From Paraspadella gotoi (lineage: Eukaryota > Animalia > Chaetognatha), in NCBI GenBank assembly GCA_051294375.1, contig CM119265.1, forward strand, positions 716,089 to 780,088: a stretch of 64,000 nucleotides of DNA. Direction: 5' to 3'. The notes under the pieces were generated by a model. That model saw only the letters and a list, made by a program, of their open reading frames with translations, was not told where the DNA came from and ran no database searches. The translations under genes and the position numbers were made by a program. Position 1 is the stretch's first letter. Each line of letters starts with the position of its first letter. Positions 13,591 to 29,000 of the stretch are shown piece by piece.

Positions 13591-13698
13591 GGAGCCGTCC
13601 CTTTTTGCTTTAAAATATTTTTTTTCATGATTCATTGTATAAATTTATAAATTATTTGTACTTTGAAGAAAATTATTAATTTTCTTCTATTGACAGAA

Positions 13699-16600
13699 AT
13701 GTTGACCAAACAAATTTTTTTGCTTCTCGCTGTTTTTCCAGCAATAAATTTTACTGAACTGGACCTTAGTGGCATTGGTAAGTAAATAAAAAACCCAATA
13801 TTAATCAAAAAAATACTTTTAAAGTTCAAAATTAAGTGTGATAATAATAGGCATTAGGCTGAAATAGATAAAATTTTCCACATTAATTTTATTGAACCTA
13901 TGGTATTATTACTATTATTATTTGCGTACTTAACTCTTTAACTGTTTGAATATTAAATGTTAAATTACTTTAAAATTAGAATTTTGAATGCTGAAATTGC
14001 ACATTTACTAAATTTTTGTCGGCAATCTTAATTATGAATAAAAAAATAATAAAATTGTTTAAAACACATAACAAAATGCATAATACAAAAACCATTACAA
14101 AGAAAATGCGTGATTAGGATGAAGTCATTATGCTTGTTAAAGATATTTTACCTCGTTTGAGGACGTTTGGTTTATTTTATCTGTGGCCAGTTTTATGTTC
14201 GCCCAATGTTTTCATCTCCTGCCTTGATTTCCGCAAGTTTTATGTGAGAATAAGCAGTTTTACTTGTAAACTCATGTGACTTGTTTTGCAAAGAGAAATC
14301 CATTTTTACGGGTTTCCAAGGACCCTATTTTATGGAGAAATAAATGTTTAAATATTTGATAAACAACTTTCTTATTTTTAATTCCTATGGCGACTCATGT
14401 TAAAACATTTTGGTATGAGTGAAGCAAGAAAGCTAGAAAAGCTAGAAAATCTACAATTTCTTCAGTAAAAATAGTTAACCTGCGCGTATTCAACGTTTTA
14501 GTTTCAATTAAAACAAAAACTTTAAATCAACCAAAAATAAACAAATCGATTAAGTTAATTGTCTCAAATATCGTACATCACGCCCGCTAGAAAATCTTCA
14601 TTTGCATCTACATCTGCAATCATTTTTCTTTTTTTAGGTATATCTTTCTTAATTTTATTGGTAATGATGGTACTGGTTATAAAAATTTGTATTTTTGATT
14701 TTTCATTTCTTAGGTTGTTTCAGATAAAATCAATATATGAAAGAAGTTAAATGCTTGCTTCGTCAAATACATTAATCTTTACTTAAAAAATATATACATC
14801 TAAATCTGATGTTTATTTTTAAATTTTTTTTCTAAAGCTGATACGTTGGAGCAACATAGTGAAAACAAAGAACTTGAGAGTATACATGACAAGATTATGA
14901 AAAAACCAGATGACCTCATTGACAAAGATGAAGCAAAAGAAGGACTGGAAACCTTAAAAGCCTTAAAAGCAAAGGAGGTTACTTTTGAAAGATTACAGGG
15001 ATTTGATGGCATTGAAGATTACGAACCATCGGGATGGAAAATAGAAGCAACTCCAGAAAGAGTGGAAAATGAACCAGAGGGAGAAAATGAAATGGCTTCA
15101 ACTTGGCCAATGGGAGTAGGAATGGCACTGATGAACGGTTGTTTTGGCAATAATTATCAAATTGGTGATCCTTGCTATGATTTTGCAAGAAATTCGCCAA
15201 TATGTCTCAATCAAATTGATGCCGCAAATTTTCTAGGAGTTGGATTTGATGGTAGAGGGCTTTTATTCATCCGAAAGTCGTAAAAAAAGCATAAATTCAA
15301 AGAACTTGTGCTGGAAAAGCTACTTTTATGGATAAAAATGTACCTGATTGTATGAATGCATTTGAATATATGACTACACAATTCATACTGAGACTTTTCA
15401 AAGTGCTGCAAAATATGTTCATTATCTGCAAGAAAAAGCTGCCACATCACGAACAGCAAGCCATGTTTCAAATGGTAAGCAGAATTCTTTTGGACAAGGA
15501 ACTAGGTGTAGGAGGAAATCTTGGAATGATAGAGGTCTAGTCGGATGGCTGGTGGAGCAGTGGCGGGATCACAAGCTGGAGGTACAGAAGGAGCCAAAGC
15601 TGGCGCAGATGCAGGAGCTAAACTTGGTGCAGCCATTGGTCAATCATAGGAGGAGGATATGGTTCGGGTTATGGACCAGTCGCGGAAAAAATAAAGGACG
15701 AAGAAAAGCCAATATTGCTTCTTTAAATGCTGAATTCAAAAATCTGTAGGATCAGCAACGCATATGATTGCAGTTTTAGAAGCTGATTTAAAGTTATTTG
15801 AAATTGTGCTCGATGAGATAAAACCAACAGACTTATCTTCAAGTTTTTTAAATGACTTTCTGAGACTACCTCATTCATACTGGAGTATAAATGGAGATAT
15901 CAAATTCCAAAATTTTATTCTTCGATGGGGAACTCATTATGTCAAATCTGCAAAATTTGGAGGTGAACTTAGAATATTAAAAACATCTAAAAAAAGAGTC
16001 TAGACTAAATTCAGATGAATTTGCTAGTCAAGCACAATCAGAGTTTGCAGGAATGATGGGTGTTTTAAAAAGTAGCTACCAACAAAAAGAATATAAGATC
16101 GGATTTTTAGGACTTGAGGAAAATATAGCAAAGTAAATCAAAAAGGCATCAGCTCAGATAAAACAAGAAACATCTTTAAAAAAAAAGAAAGCAAATCGAG
16201 GATCACAACAAAATATAACAATCCGAGTTCATAAAAACTAAATTGAAGCCAAAGGAGGTGATCCTGAAATAGCTGCAGCCATTACTGATTTCTATACTCC
16301 AAGGTTTCGTGAGTTGTTTATAAAATGGTTAAACAGTATTGATGAATTTCAAAGACCTTTTGAATTTACACTAGGAAAAATCAGCAGCATTCTCAATATG
16401 AATACAAACTCATTATTTCCAACAGAAGATCCTACTACAGCATGTTTCCAAAAACAAAATCTTAAAGTAGATAAAAATACTGGGTTGTCCTATTTTGAAT
16501 ATGCATAAGGTGGAAAGTGATAACATGAATAAGACATTTCTTGTAAAAAGGAAACAGTATATGTAAATATGGTATTCTAAAGAAAAGTTTATGGATTCTT

Positions 16601-19600
16601 TAATGCAGCCAGACTTGCACTGGAAAGGGCAGAAAATATTTACATGGCTGAAGGTCCATTTTCGACTACAAATTTTGATATTTCTGGTGGAAAAGCTGGC
16701 TGTGAATCTGAAACGATAGAGTATGAAGAACCAGGACAACCAAGTGTTAAATATTGGCCAGCATGGGAGGAGCTCAAAATTAAGATTTATAAAGTCGTTT
16801 TTTATATGCGTTACAACTTACCAGGAATACCAAAAAATTCAGAGTTTCTGATTAAATTATCTCATAATATGTGGTTTACTAAAAGATTAAATGAAAAGTT
16901 CAGTCTTGAAAACAGCTGTCCAAGTTCAACGGAAAAATTTCGAATATGTATTGCTCAGTTGCCAATGATATATGATGAATCATCAGGTTTACTTTTTTTG
17001 GATATTGATAAATCTGACTATAAATTATCATGGTTGAAATACCCATTAGCTTCTGTAAGAGATGAAGATCCTATTAGTTTGTTGACTCGAAGTGTAGGAG
17101 CAATAGGTTTTGCTCCATGTTCAGTAAAATGGTCCAATACTCATAAAGTACGAGTTGATAAAAAAGGATCCTGCATTTACTTTCATGCCGCTTCTAGTGG
17201 AAGTATATACTTGGTATTTTCAGGAGTTCCTGAAGATTACAGAAAATGGTATTATATTCAAATGTCACCCTCTGGTCTCGTTTACTATCAAGGAATGAAA
17301 ATAATGAAAAGTCAGCATTCTGACATGGCAGTGACAACTGGAAAAGAAACACTTTTTACTGGTTTTTTTGTATGCATTTCATCCTCTAAGGATGGTTTAA
17401 GAATTGATTATGGGAAAGCTCCGGAAGAATCCGAAGTAGGAATAATATTGACATCTCATACTTTTTCTGATTTTATCAGATACGATGTGATGTATTATAC
17501 ATTTGGAAGTGGCGAAAAGAAAATAAGTATTAACAATGTGAGGGTAGTTAAAGAAAAACCTAAGCTTACTTGCGGCAAAGGATTTACTCTTAATAAAGGT
17601 TTCTGTAAACTGATCTGTCATGATCAATGTAATGGCTGCAACAAAGCAAATGATCCAAAATCCTGTATTGAATGCACCAACAAAAAAATAATGCTCGATT
17701 ATGTGAGATTTATTTGCGTTAAAGCTTGTCCTTCAAAATTTTTAGCAAAAGAAAATCAGTGCCAATGTAAAATAGGAGGTGTTTTTGAAGTTGATTCAAC
17801 AATTCTGTGCAAACTATGTCCTGAGGGTTCCACAAAGGTTAATGGATTTTGCCAAGGTAATATTGACAAAAAAAAATATCTAATTATGAATATTAATATA
17901 AGTCTCTGTTTAATAGGAAATGTAATACTATATTTAAATGTATATTTTTCGGGTTTTTTTGCTGACCACACAATCCGGCTCTACAATTCACTTTGTCAGT
18001 CCGTCGGTCCCACCCCAAAATCTTGTCGGTAACTCACTTAGAACATGTCAGTTCATCAAATTATGATAAATTATGCCAAAAAATTGATATCTGTCCCTCC
18101 ATCTGTCCCTCATAGCTTTGAACGCCAATTGCTCATTAGTGGATCGGGCAATTTACTTAATTAGATATCTAATTAATTGTCCAAGTGGAAATGAGTTTAA
18201 ATGGAAAAACACCTCTTTTACAATTTGACAATTCTTTTTTTCTCTTTTAATTATTTAATTAATAAATTGATTAATGAATTATTTAATTTAATGTTCGTGG
18301 ATGGATTATTTGCAATTGGAAACATCATGTTTTAATGCAGCTTTTACCTCTGTTTCAGATGTGAGTGTTTGTGACAAAAATCCATGCCAAAATGGAGGAC
18401 AGTGTATTAGCTTCAATACTGGTTTTTTGTGTAAATGCCCTCATCCATTTTCTGGAACATTTTGTCAAGGTATACTAATCGAAATTTAATTCTACTCCGT
18501 TTTCAAATTGGAGTTAATAAAAACAAACTGTGGCTAAATCATTAGTTGATGCGACTTCAGATTTTGTATCCTGGTAAAAAAATTGCAGGCATTATTTGCT
18601 TGTCAATGCCATGGTCGTAATTTTAAAAAATAAATACTATTCTTGCATTTGAGGAGTACCTTACTTTTCTAAGATATATTCATGTGAAAAAAATAAAGGG
18701 TCAAAAATGTTGTGTTCATCTTAGTAATATACAAGGGACAAGATATACAGTGACAAGATAGCTTATTTATTAAATGAATGGATAATTTTTATATTGGTTG
18801 TACCAATTAATTCAAATTCAGCTCCTTGTATTTTGATGCTAGTGAGGAGTACAATAAAGTATTCCCCGATCTAATACTTAAGGGAGCGGTCTTTTCATAC
18901 AATTGAAACATTCTTTGAAATATTATACCACTTTATTGATAGGAAAGCCAGGTTCACTGGGAGTGAATAAACAAGACTGTGAGAGAGTCTTGATTGAAAG
19001 CTTGCAGAGACCTGCTATGTTATTATCTTGTAAGTGTGATGGAGGCCTTAAACCACCAAAGCCTGTCCAAAGTCAGGGACAAGATAGCTTATTTCTTAAA
19101 TGATCTTTATATTAGTTGTACCAATTTCATAGACATTGAAGTAGTTGTCATAACAATCAGAATGTCACAAACTTTTTTCAAGTAGAATGATACCTTTTTA
19201 TCGAGCCATGACCGGCGAAGCCGGTTCAGGCTCTTATACTGTTTTAGGTTTGCTTCTTTGTGACGTAGTCGTCGTCGTTCGTTCGGTCATGCGTCGTCGT
19301 CGTCGGCGTCAGCCTATTTTTATATATAAAAATACATAAGCTTTTATAGGTTTGGTTGGGACTTTACGTTTTTTTTAAATAAAAATTATTTCGAATTATG
19401 ATAAAGTTTTACAAAAGTGTGCGATCATAGTAAATTAAAATTTAGATATGGCTTCTCATCTTGAAATAGCTTTGATATTTTCTTATTACATTTGGATTTA
19501 AGTATTTTTTTGTTTGAATTTCCACTTCATTATGATTTACTGCAATATGCAAATGAGATTATAGTACTCATTATGATATCCAAATTAGTATATAGAAATG

Positions 19601-22600
19601 CTTTAATCTAATTTACATATTGCAGTATATAATATTGAAGATGAAATCAAAATTTTTTTTTAAATCTATAATAAAAATGGGAACTCAAATTAACTTTTTA
19701 ATGAGAAGCTATATCTTAATTTTAATACAAAAAAATAAAATCTTTTACAAGCTGCGATTGGAAAAAATTGGAAAAATTTCCAATTGTAAACAATTGTAAC
19801 ATTTTTTTGCCTTTCTTTTATTTCTTTAAATATATATATATATTTTTTTTTAATAGAGTGGGGTAACTTAATTAAACGGGTTAAAATTGGTTATTGGAAC
19901 TTATTTAACAATGAGGGGCATTTGTATTGGGTATTGAGGGACCACATATTTATATTTTTATTAACATTTTTTGTTTATTAGCATTTTTGTTTTATATTAT
20001 TATTATCATAATTATATTAGAGTCCCTTTGTTTTTTATTGTATTTGTTTTTATTAGCGTCTTACTCTTACATATATAGTTTTTATATACTCTTACATATA
20101 CTTACGAGATAATAGGTTTTTGAGTATTTGTTAGCATCTTATTTTGTTTTTAGCGTAAAAAAAAAAAAATTAAACTTACATTATATTTATTTTTTGTGTA
20201 TCTGTACTCTTACACTTACGTGATATAGTGTTTTTTTGTTTCTTGTTAGCGTCTCATGTCTTTTTGTGTAACTGTTAGCGTCTCATTTCGTTTTAGCGTC
20301 TCTTGTGTCTGTTATAATAGTATCTTACACTTACGTGATATAGTGTTTTTTATTTCTGTTAGCGTCTCATGTTGTTTTGTGTAATCTGTAAAGCGTCTCA
20401 TTTCTGTTTTAATTAGTATCTTTTTCTGTTGATCTGCGTACTTATATATTTGATATTTCTATTCATAGTAATGTGGTCCCTCTGCCATTTACTTAAACAC
20501 TTTATAAATATATATTTTTAGGAATATGTTATATGTTATACACCAGGCATTAAATGCTTATAAATGACTTTTTATAAAATAAAACCTTGAATATTAAACA
20601 TTTTTATAATGTTTTAGTTTATTTTTTGCTCATGTTTTTCAATAATGCTTTATATTTTTTGTTTTTGTTCTTGTTTTCATATTTTTTTGTTTTTGTTTTT
20701 ACGCATTATCTTGTGAACGTTTTATTAACATTGTTTTTCGTTTATGCTTTATATTTTTTGTTTTTGTCTTTGTTGTCATATTTTTTTTGTTTTTATTTTT
20801 TATGCATTATCAAAAATAAAAATTACAAATTTAAAAAAAAAACTATTGCTTCTCTTGACATTTGACATTTTTCGTTTTTTAGTTTTTCCGGTTTTATGAT
20901 TTTTACATTTGATCCTTAAACGTTCTTGAACGTTATTTTTTATAGTTTCTTATGAATTAGTTCATAACATTTATTAATGATTTTAAACGTTAGTGTCTTT
21001 TTGATTTTATTGAATTTCAATATGTAGTTTAGTTTTTACTTGTTTTCAGTCTTGAACGTTCTTGAACATTATTTTTTATAGTTTCTTATGAATTTCTTAC
21101 AAATTTCTTACAAATTTAAAATAAAAACTATTGCTTCTCTTGACATTTGACATTTTTCGTTTTTTAGTTTTTCCGGTTTTATGATTTTTACATTTGATCC
21201 TTAAACGTTCTTGAACGTTATTTTTTATAGTTTCTTATGAATTAGTTCATAACATTTATTAATGATTTTAAACGTTAGTGTCTTTTGTTTTTATTGAATT
21301 TCAATATGTAGTTTAGTTTTTACTTGTTTTCCAGTCTTGAACGTTCTTGAACATTATTTTTTATAGTTTCTTATGATTTAGTTCATAACATTTATTAATG
21401 ATTTTAAACGTTAAAAAAAAAAAATTTTAGAAAAGATGGTGTTTTAGTGTCTTAGTGTCTTTTTTTTTATTGAATTTCAATATGTAGTTTAGTTTTTACT
21501 TATTTTCCAGTCTTGAACGTTCTTGAACGTTATTTTTTATAGTTTCTTATGAATTAGTTCATAACATTTATTAATGATTTTAAACGTTAGTGTCTTTTGT
21601 TTTTATTGAATTTCAATATGTAGTTTAGTTTTTACTTGTTTTCCAGTCTTTTAAATGTTAGGGTCTTTTGTTTTTATTGAATTTCAATACATAATTTAGT
21701 TTTCCAGTCTTTTGCACTATTACTGTTTATGATTATGCAATACTGTTTTTGGTATTAATAAAAAATAAAAAAAATTTAATTTTATGTCAATACTGTTTTT
21801 GGTATTAATAAAAAAAAAATATAATTTTCTGAAAAAACGAGTTCAGGCTCTTCAGTGACTGNNNNNNNNNNNNNNNNNNNNNNNNNNNNNNNNNNNNNNN
21901 NNNNNNNNNNNNNNNNNNNNNNNNNNNNNNNNNNNNNNNNNNNNNNNNNNNNNNNNNNNNNAAATTCTGATTATTTTTTTCCTTCTAAAAACTTTTGGCA
22001 ATTTTTTTCAAAGAAGCTCCATTGCTGCGGCTCCTGAAGCAGCGGACTCAAACACGCGCACAAAAATCGTATCTTTTGCTACTTTCATCGTCGTTTTATG
22101 CGTCACTCCTTTTGTCGTCGCTCTCACCGTCGCAACTGCTTTCTCCATCGTTCAAATTATCGCTGTCGTTTCTGTCGATCCCGATCCTAACGGAGGCTTA
22201 ATTCTTTCTCTCACTGAGTCACCCAGCATGCCAGAATTTTATTGTTGCAAAAGTAGCGTCGGGAAAAATGACCCTAATCCCTTACCCTAATCTTAATCCA
22301 AACCCTAATATCTATCCTCTAAACTAACCTTATCCCTAACCGTACCCTAAACAATTAGTCCATCGTTCAAATTATCGTCGTCGTATTTGTCGATCCTGAC
22401 TAAGTCATCCAGCCAGAGACAGCGAGAGAGATTCGCTGCTCCGTCATACAGCAAGGGGGCATCGATGTTTGAAAAGGCCAAACTTTTATTATCGCCATTT
22501 ATTCCGCGCTTTTTAGTATTACAGAACTACACAAACATCTCAGAGGAAAATTGGTATCAGCCAAATACTTTGGCTTTATTGTATAAATGCTAGCAATCGT

Positions 22601-25600
22601 TCCTGGTCTCAAATAATTGTAATGGGATTAACATGATTTTAAAATACAAAGATAACAGATAAGCAGAGTCTTTCATATGTACAGTTAGCTTTAAGCTCAG
22701 ACTGATTGTATAATAACATATTGTCCATTGTCCAATTCGTGAAACAAAATTTTTTTTAAGTATTTGAATATGCCAGATTGTATGCTAGATGCCGATCATT
22801 TTTTTACTGCCTAAGCGGTCTGAAATTATGCCAGATCTGGCACATGGTATGCTAAGTTTAAACCATTTTTTTTTTAGTCGGTCTGCTTTCAGCAGATCCC
22901 GACTCTATAATTCACTTGTCGGTCCGTCGGTCCCCCCCTCAATATTGTCGGGCACTAACTTATATCATGTCAGAACATCGAATTATGATAAATTATGCAA
23001 AAAAAATGTCTGTCCATTGCAACCGTCGTCCGTCCGTCCGTCCGTCCCACCTTAGCAAAAAACACCAATTACTTGTGATTGGATGGATGGATTTGAATGA
23101 ATATTTTTGTGTGGGTAGGGAAGTGTGTGATTGAGCTGGATATAAGTTTCGATGGAATCGTCCGAGTGGAAATGAGTTTAAATGGAAAAAACAAAAATAT
23201 AATTCACTATTTGAACACCAATTGCTCATGAGTGGATGGGGCGATTGACCTGATGGAATGTATTGTGATGGACGTTGAGTGGAAATGAGTTTAAATGGAA
23301 AAAAAAAAAAACCTGTTTCACTAATTGATTATGATTTTTTCCTTTATATCAAATGTAATGCAGGATTATTAATAAATCAAATAATTAATCAGTTAATTAA
23401 TCAATTAGTCAATTAATTAATCACTAATTAATTAATCAGTCAATTAATCCGTCCATCCATCCCACTTAGCAAAAAGCCCCATAACTCGTGATTGGCTGGT
23501 TGGATCGAATGAAATTGAAATTTGTGTGGATATAAAGTTTCGACGGAATCGTGTGAGTGGATATGAGTTAAATGGAAAAAACATAAGTCGCATTTACTAA
23601 AATCTTTTTACTTATTTTAACCAATAAATATCTAATTAATCATAATTGGATGGATAGATTGAGTTCAAATTTTGTGTGTGGGTAGGAAAATGTGTGACGA
23701 AGCTTGATATAAAGTTTCGGTACGAGTGGAAATGAGTTTAAATGAAAAAAATATGAGTCACATTTACTTGACTCTTTTTACTTATTTTACCTATAATAGA
23801 TTGAGATGAAAATTTGTGAGCGGGAAGGAAAGTTTGTGAAGAAGCTAGATATAAAGTTTTGACGGAATTGTGCCAGTGGAAGTGAGTTTAATTGGAAAAA
23901 ATATAAGTCACATTTACTTTATTTTAAGGACATCGATGATGATAAGCTGTATATAAATTTATAATTAATTATTAAATATTAAAATTAATTAATTAATTAA
24001 TTAATCGATTAATTAATTAATTAATTTTCGTAGGCAGATCCGACATTGTTTGCTCAAACTTGTTCTAGATAAAACTTATTTAAAAAATAAATTTCTGTAT
24101 TGAAAAAAAATAAGAAAAGAACAATCATCTGGCAAAAGCTTGTTGCCATACTTAATAAGTATTTTTTATATAATTCTAAAACCTTAAACTCAGTAATGTA
24201 AAACTAACTAAATGTAACCTAAATTAATATATTCGCTTGAAGAGACAGTGATAATTGTTATGAGTTAGTGATAGAAATGTTCAATATAAGCAGTCCCTGA
24301 GCTTCGGATCAGGCTGTAACACCATGTTACAGGCGGGTTAAGCGCCCCGTCCCTCTTAACTGCTAGGCGACCACCGGGCTAGAACCCCGGACCTTTGGGT
24401 TGGGAGGCGAATGACTTGCCTCCGGCACCAATGGCCGCTGATGAATGGATGGTGGATTTTAGTCCACCATACGCTCATATTTTTTACAATGAGTTTAAAA
24501 TTTAACTATCAATTATGAAAGGAGAAAAGTTGTAAAAAAAGCAAAAAGACTGTACTTGTTGTTATAATGTTAAGAATTTTTAATTTAATTTATAGGAACA
24601 TAAACGTCATGGAATTTTCGAACTAATGAAAAGATCAAATATGAATCATAGTCCGTCAGTTAAGAATTATAATAACTCTTTTCATTTCACTCTGATTTAA
24701 TATCCATGTCATTTTAATTAAAAGCTTTTTTTAGCAAGCACACCAGACAAAATCTAAATTTTATGCAGTAAATGGTTACAATTCACCACAATATTTTTAT
24801 CAGTGGGAGAGCGATGTGCAAATAAACCTTGTTACAATGGCGCACAATGCATAGAAAGCAATATTTGGGGATTTAAATGTATTTGCAGAGAAGCCTTTAA
24901 TGGTAGTTTGTGCGAATCAGGTAATTCACTTAAAATGGTGCATAATTACAACCGCCTATGTAAAATCGCTAATTAAATTCTTTTGAAATTTTACTAAGTG
25001 CTTACAATTTTACTATTCACTTGCAATTTTACTATGCACTTGCAATTTTACTATGCACTTGAATTTATTTTGAATAGTAGTGTGTTGTTCACAAATGTAA
25101 ACCATAGTAAAAATAAAATAAAACTCATACAATCATACAATTCTGATTTCAAAAAATCTATTCTTCTCATTTTATTTAATATTTTTTTCTTGACCACCTT
25201 TGATATACCTCGCCTTTTCTATTATCAACACCATCATTCTCTTAATCTAACATTTTTTTCTGTTTCTTTAGTTCTCATTCAATCGCTTATTATCGATCTC
25301 TTATTTGGCTATCTTGAAATTTAGCCTGATACAAAACCCGAATTCTTTTACATTTCAATGAAAAGCACAAACATTGAGCACTCATGGTGTTTAGAACTTT
25401 AGAGTGCTCGAGAACTACAACCTTGGTGATCTAATTTTATATTCTGGTTTTGAAAGGAATAGTAACCATCAGATCTATTAGTTAAATGCAGCATTCTCAC
25501 AAGCTAATAAGTACTTTTTAGCAGATCCCGACTATATAATTCACTTTGTCGGTCCGTCGGTCCGCCCCCTGAATCATGTCGGGCATTCACTTACAATATG

Positions 25601-25801
25601 TCAGAACATCGAATTATGATAAATTATGCATGGTTTGATCCTTTCTTTTCGTTGCGTTTGGAAGTTTAGAGAAAAAGTTTTTATTTTGTTACAAACAACG
25701 ATTTTGTATTAACGTAAGTAGGACATGTTTCGGCTTTAGTGCAAGCCTTCATCAGCACTTTTTAAATTATGAATTGTGTTAGTGAAAGATCAATAAAGAA
25801 G

Positions 25802-25875
<74 letters not shown>

Positions 25876-25987
25876 AATGGTCAAGTTTAAAGTTTCCAAC
25901 AAAGGGTAAATAGTGGTCAGAGGTGAGGACAGATTTAAGATTAGGCCAGATTGAGTAAGTTGTGAAAAAAAAGTGAAATATGATCAA

Positions 25988-26018
<31 letters not shown>

Positions 26019-29000
26019 TAATTACATTTGAGCAATGTACAACAAAGATATAAAGAAAAAACTTGACTATTAACACTTTAGAAATAAATAAATAATTTAA
26101 GCAAAAAGTTGTTTTAGTAAAGTTTGAAATTTTTTTTAAAAATTGAAAGTTGAAAAATTGAAGTTTAATAGGATTATGCAAAAATATCTGTCTGTCTGTC
26201 TGTCTGTCCGTCCGTCCTACCTTAGCAAAAAGCTCCAATAACTCGTGATTGGGTGGTTGGATTGGAATGAAATTTCGTGTGTTATGAAGCTGGATATAAA
26301 GTTTCGATGGAATTGTGCGAGTGGAAACCAATAATTACTATAATTAATCATAATTGAATTAGTAGATTAAGATTAAATTTTGTGTGCGGGTAGGAAGGTG
26401 TGTGAAGAAGCTAGATATAAAGTTTTGACTGAATTGTTCCAGTGTAAATGAGTTTAAAAGGAAAAAACATAAGTCACATTTACTTGAATCTTTATTATTT
26501 ATGATTACTAATAAATGTTTTAATAAATTATTTAATTAATTAATTAATGTGAAAAAAGATGCAATTTAAAAAAATTATGCAAGTTGAAAAAATGATACGA
26601 ATTGTAAAAATAATGTTAGTTGAATAAATGATGTGAGTGGAAAAAATGATGAGAGTTTAAAAAAATTTTAAAAAATATTGTGATTTATCATCTGATTAGC
26701 TGATTACCGCTTAATTATCGTAGGCAGATCCGACATTGTTTGCTCAAACTTGTTTCAGTTGCCCTGCTTTACATGGTATTCATTAAACTTGCACCATTAT
26801 GTTATAAAATTTTAGCTTACAATATTGCAAAATACCAAGACGTCAAAGCGTCGCCCGCATTCAGAGGATACGATCCCCAAAATATAGTAGATGGATATTT
26901 TGAATCGTGAGTCAAGTTCAGAAAAATAACCTTCCATGCCATAATATGATCAATTATTTATTCAATTATTTAATCAATCACAATAGAATGAACAGGAATT
27001 CCTGGGGAAAAACCCATTGCTTTTTCGCAATAAATCTAATGAATCCTTTTGTCGAAGTGCAGCTTGGAAAAAAAATCTTGAGTAAGTATTTATCAGAGTA
27101 AGTACATTAATTTTAATTGAAGAAATGTAGAATTTTTTTCCATAAATGCATTTCTTTTTAGTTGATCATGTCAAGATTTTTAACCGAGCCGATGAAATCA
27201 TACCATGGAGGCGTCTCTTTCCATTTAAACTGGAATTACTTGCTGATGGTGACATCATTGGTGTGTGTAATGACAATGCTTACAAGGCTTCTGATTTCAA
27301 GGAGAAGTCTCTTGAAATCAATGTTGATTGTTGCAATATTGGGCAGAAGGCGGATGGTGTAAGACTGACCTCTTTAAAGGAGGACGCTATGAACCTTTGC
27401 GAAATTGAAGTTTATCAACGTGAAGACAAATGTATGTATAGTAAAGTGAAGTGATGAAAAGATTGAGCGATTGAATATTATTTTTGTGCTGCCTATGGAC
27501 ATGTATTTAATGAATTTTAAATACTTTAAAAAATGTTTTAAGCATAACAGTATAGTACATTCAATTATTTATGTATTATATACTTATAAAATGATAAAAT
27601 TTTAATTTTTTTTTCAAGAACAGATTTGGATTCGCCGCAAAAAAAATAAGAAACTTTTATAAAATATGTTATATGATATTTTAATGTTTAGACTACAAAA
27701 AATAATTAAAACCTTTTAACATATATAAGTTTCTACTACAAAAAGTCAAATTTTTTTACCTTTTTTCCAATTTTAAATGCTGAAGACGACTTAATTTTTA
27801 ATAACATGTTTTAGATTTCGGATTAAACTTTTTATGAAGAATCTGAATCTTTATGAAATTTTTTTTTAAATATTTTTAAAATTTACAGTTTTATATGAAT
27901 ATTATTTATTAGAAAAAAAGGATCTAATACAAAGAATATACAAAAATATTTGTATATACTATTCTGTTCTCAAGACAATATGAACAAAATATTTTTTGTA
28001 CTAATAATCATACTTTCTCACATCTAAATATCCTTGTTTGATCACTCAAATAAATATATAATTATTGAGTGCTCCACTCTAATGTATAGGTTTAAAATAA
28101 AAGTTTGTAAAAGTTTTTTTTTGGTTTTTTGATTACAAGTAGATGTGTAGGGTTTTATTTTTTTGGACCTAATATCAGAGTTTTGATAACTCTCCATCGT
28201 GAAAAAAAGTTTACCAAAATTTTACTCATAACTTATTTAATATCAAAAATTCTATAGCATTCTTTAAAGAGAACCATGTAAAAGATTTCCTAAACGACGA
28301 AAAGTTCATTCACTTTTATGACGGTTATTGTTAGGAAATGAAAAGAAATGAAAGCAACTTAACACAATGACGGTTATTGCTATATATAGGTACCAAATTC
28401 ACTGCGATATCAGCAGATGCTTCATCAGTCTACAGGAAAGAAAGCAAACCAGAGACCCTAATAGATAATGCTTATTATAAAACGTGAGTAATTTTTAAAC
28501 ATAACAAAATATTTTAATATCTAAGTTTATTTAATTTTGCATTTTGCAATTTTGTATTTTGATTCATATTGATATGTCTTGATTCATTTTAATTCATCTA
28601 TATTCACTTTGATTACAGGGTACTAAGTAAAAACCTTGCCTCTTTAGTTGATCTTTCTTAGGACGAATTTTCCAATGTATTTGTTTGTAAGCAAATGATT
28701 AAACACAGACAGAAAGACAGACCAATGCACTGAGTAACTTTTCGAGTTGCCTCACGAGTAAATTAGATTATTATAAAATAAAAGAGATCCTTTATTTTTT
28801 ATTTAAATAGCCATGAAGTATGTAAACTTTGAAATACTTAATGATCATACATTTTTTTTTCAGCCACAAATGGTCAGACGACAAATGCTTTCACACAAAC
28901 TGTAATTCAAATGATTGGGTGGACATTATATTTCCAAAAATTGAAACCAGTAAGTTTTCAAATGACTAAATATGATCTTTATAAATATATATATAAATTA

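Noticed and set aside
13095-13635. Long E/K/R-rich and F/S-rich ORFs on both strands
   Set aside because: They are translations of a CTT-rich minisatellite. The same applies to the many SLSLSL/RERERE ORFs from (CT)n/(AG)n tracts.
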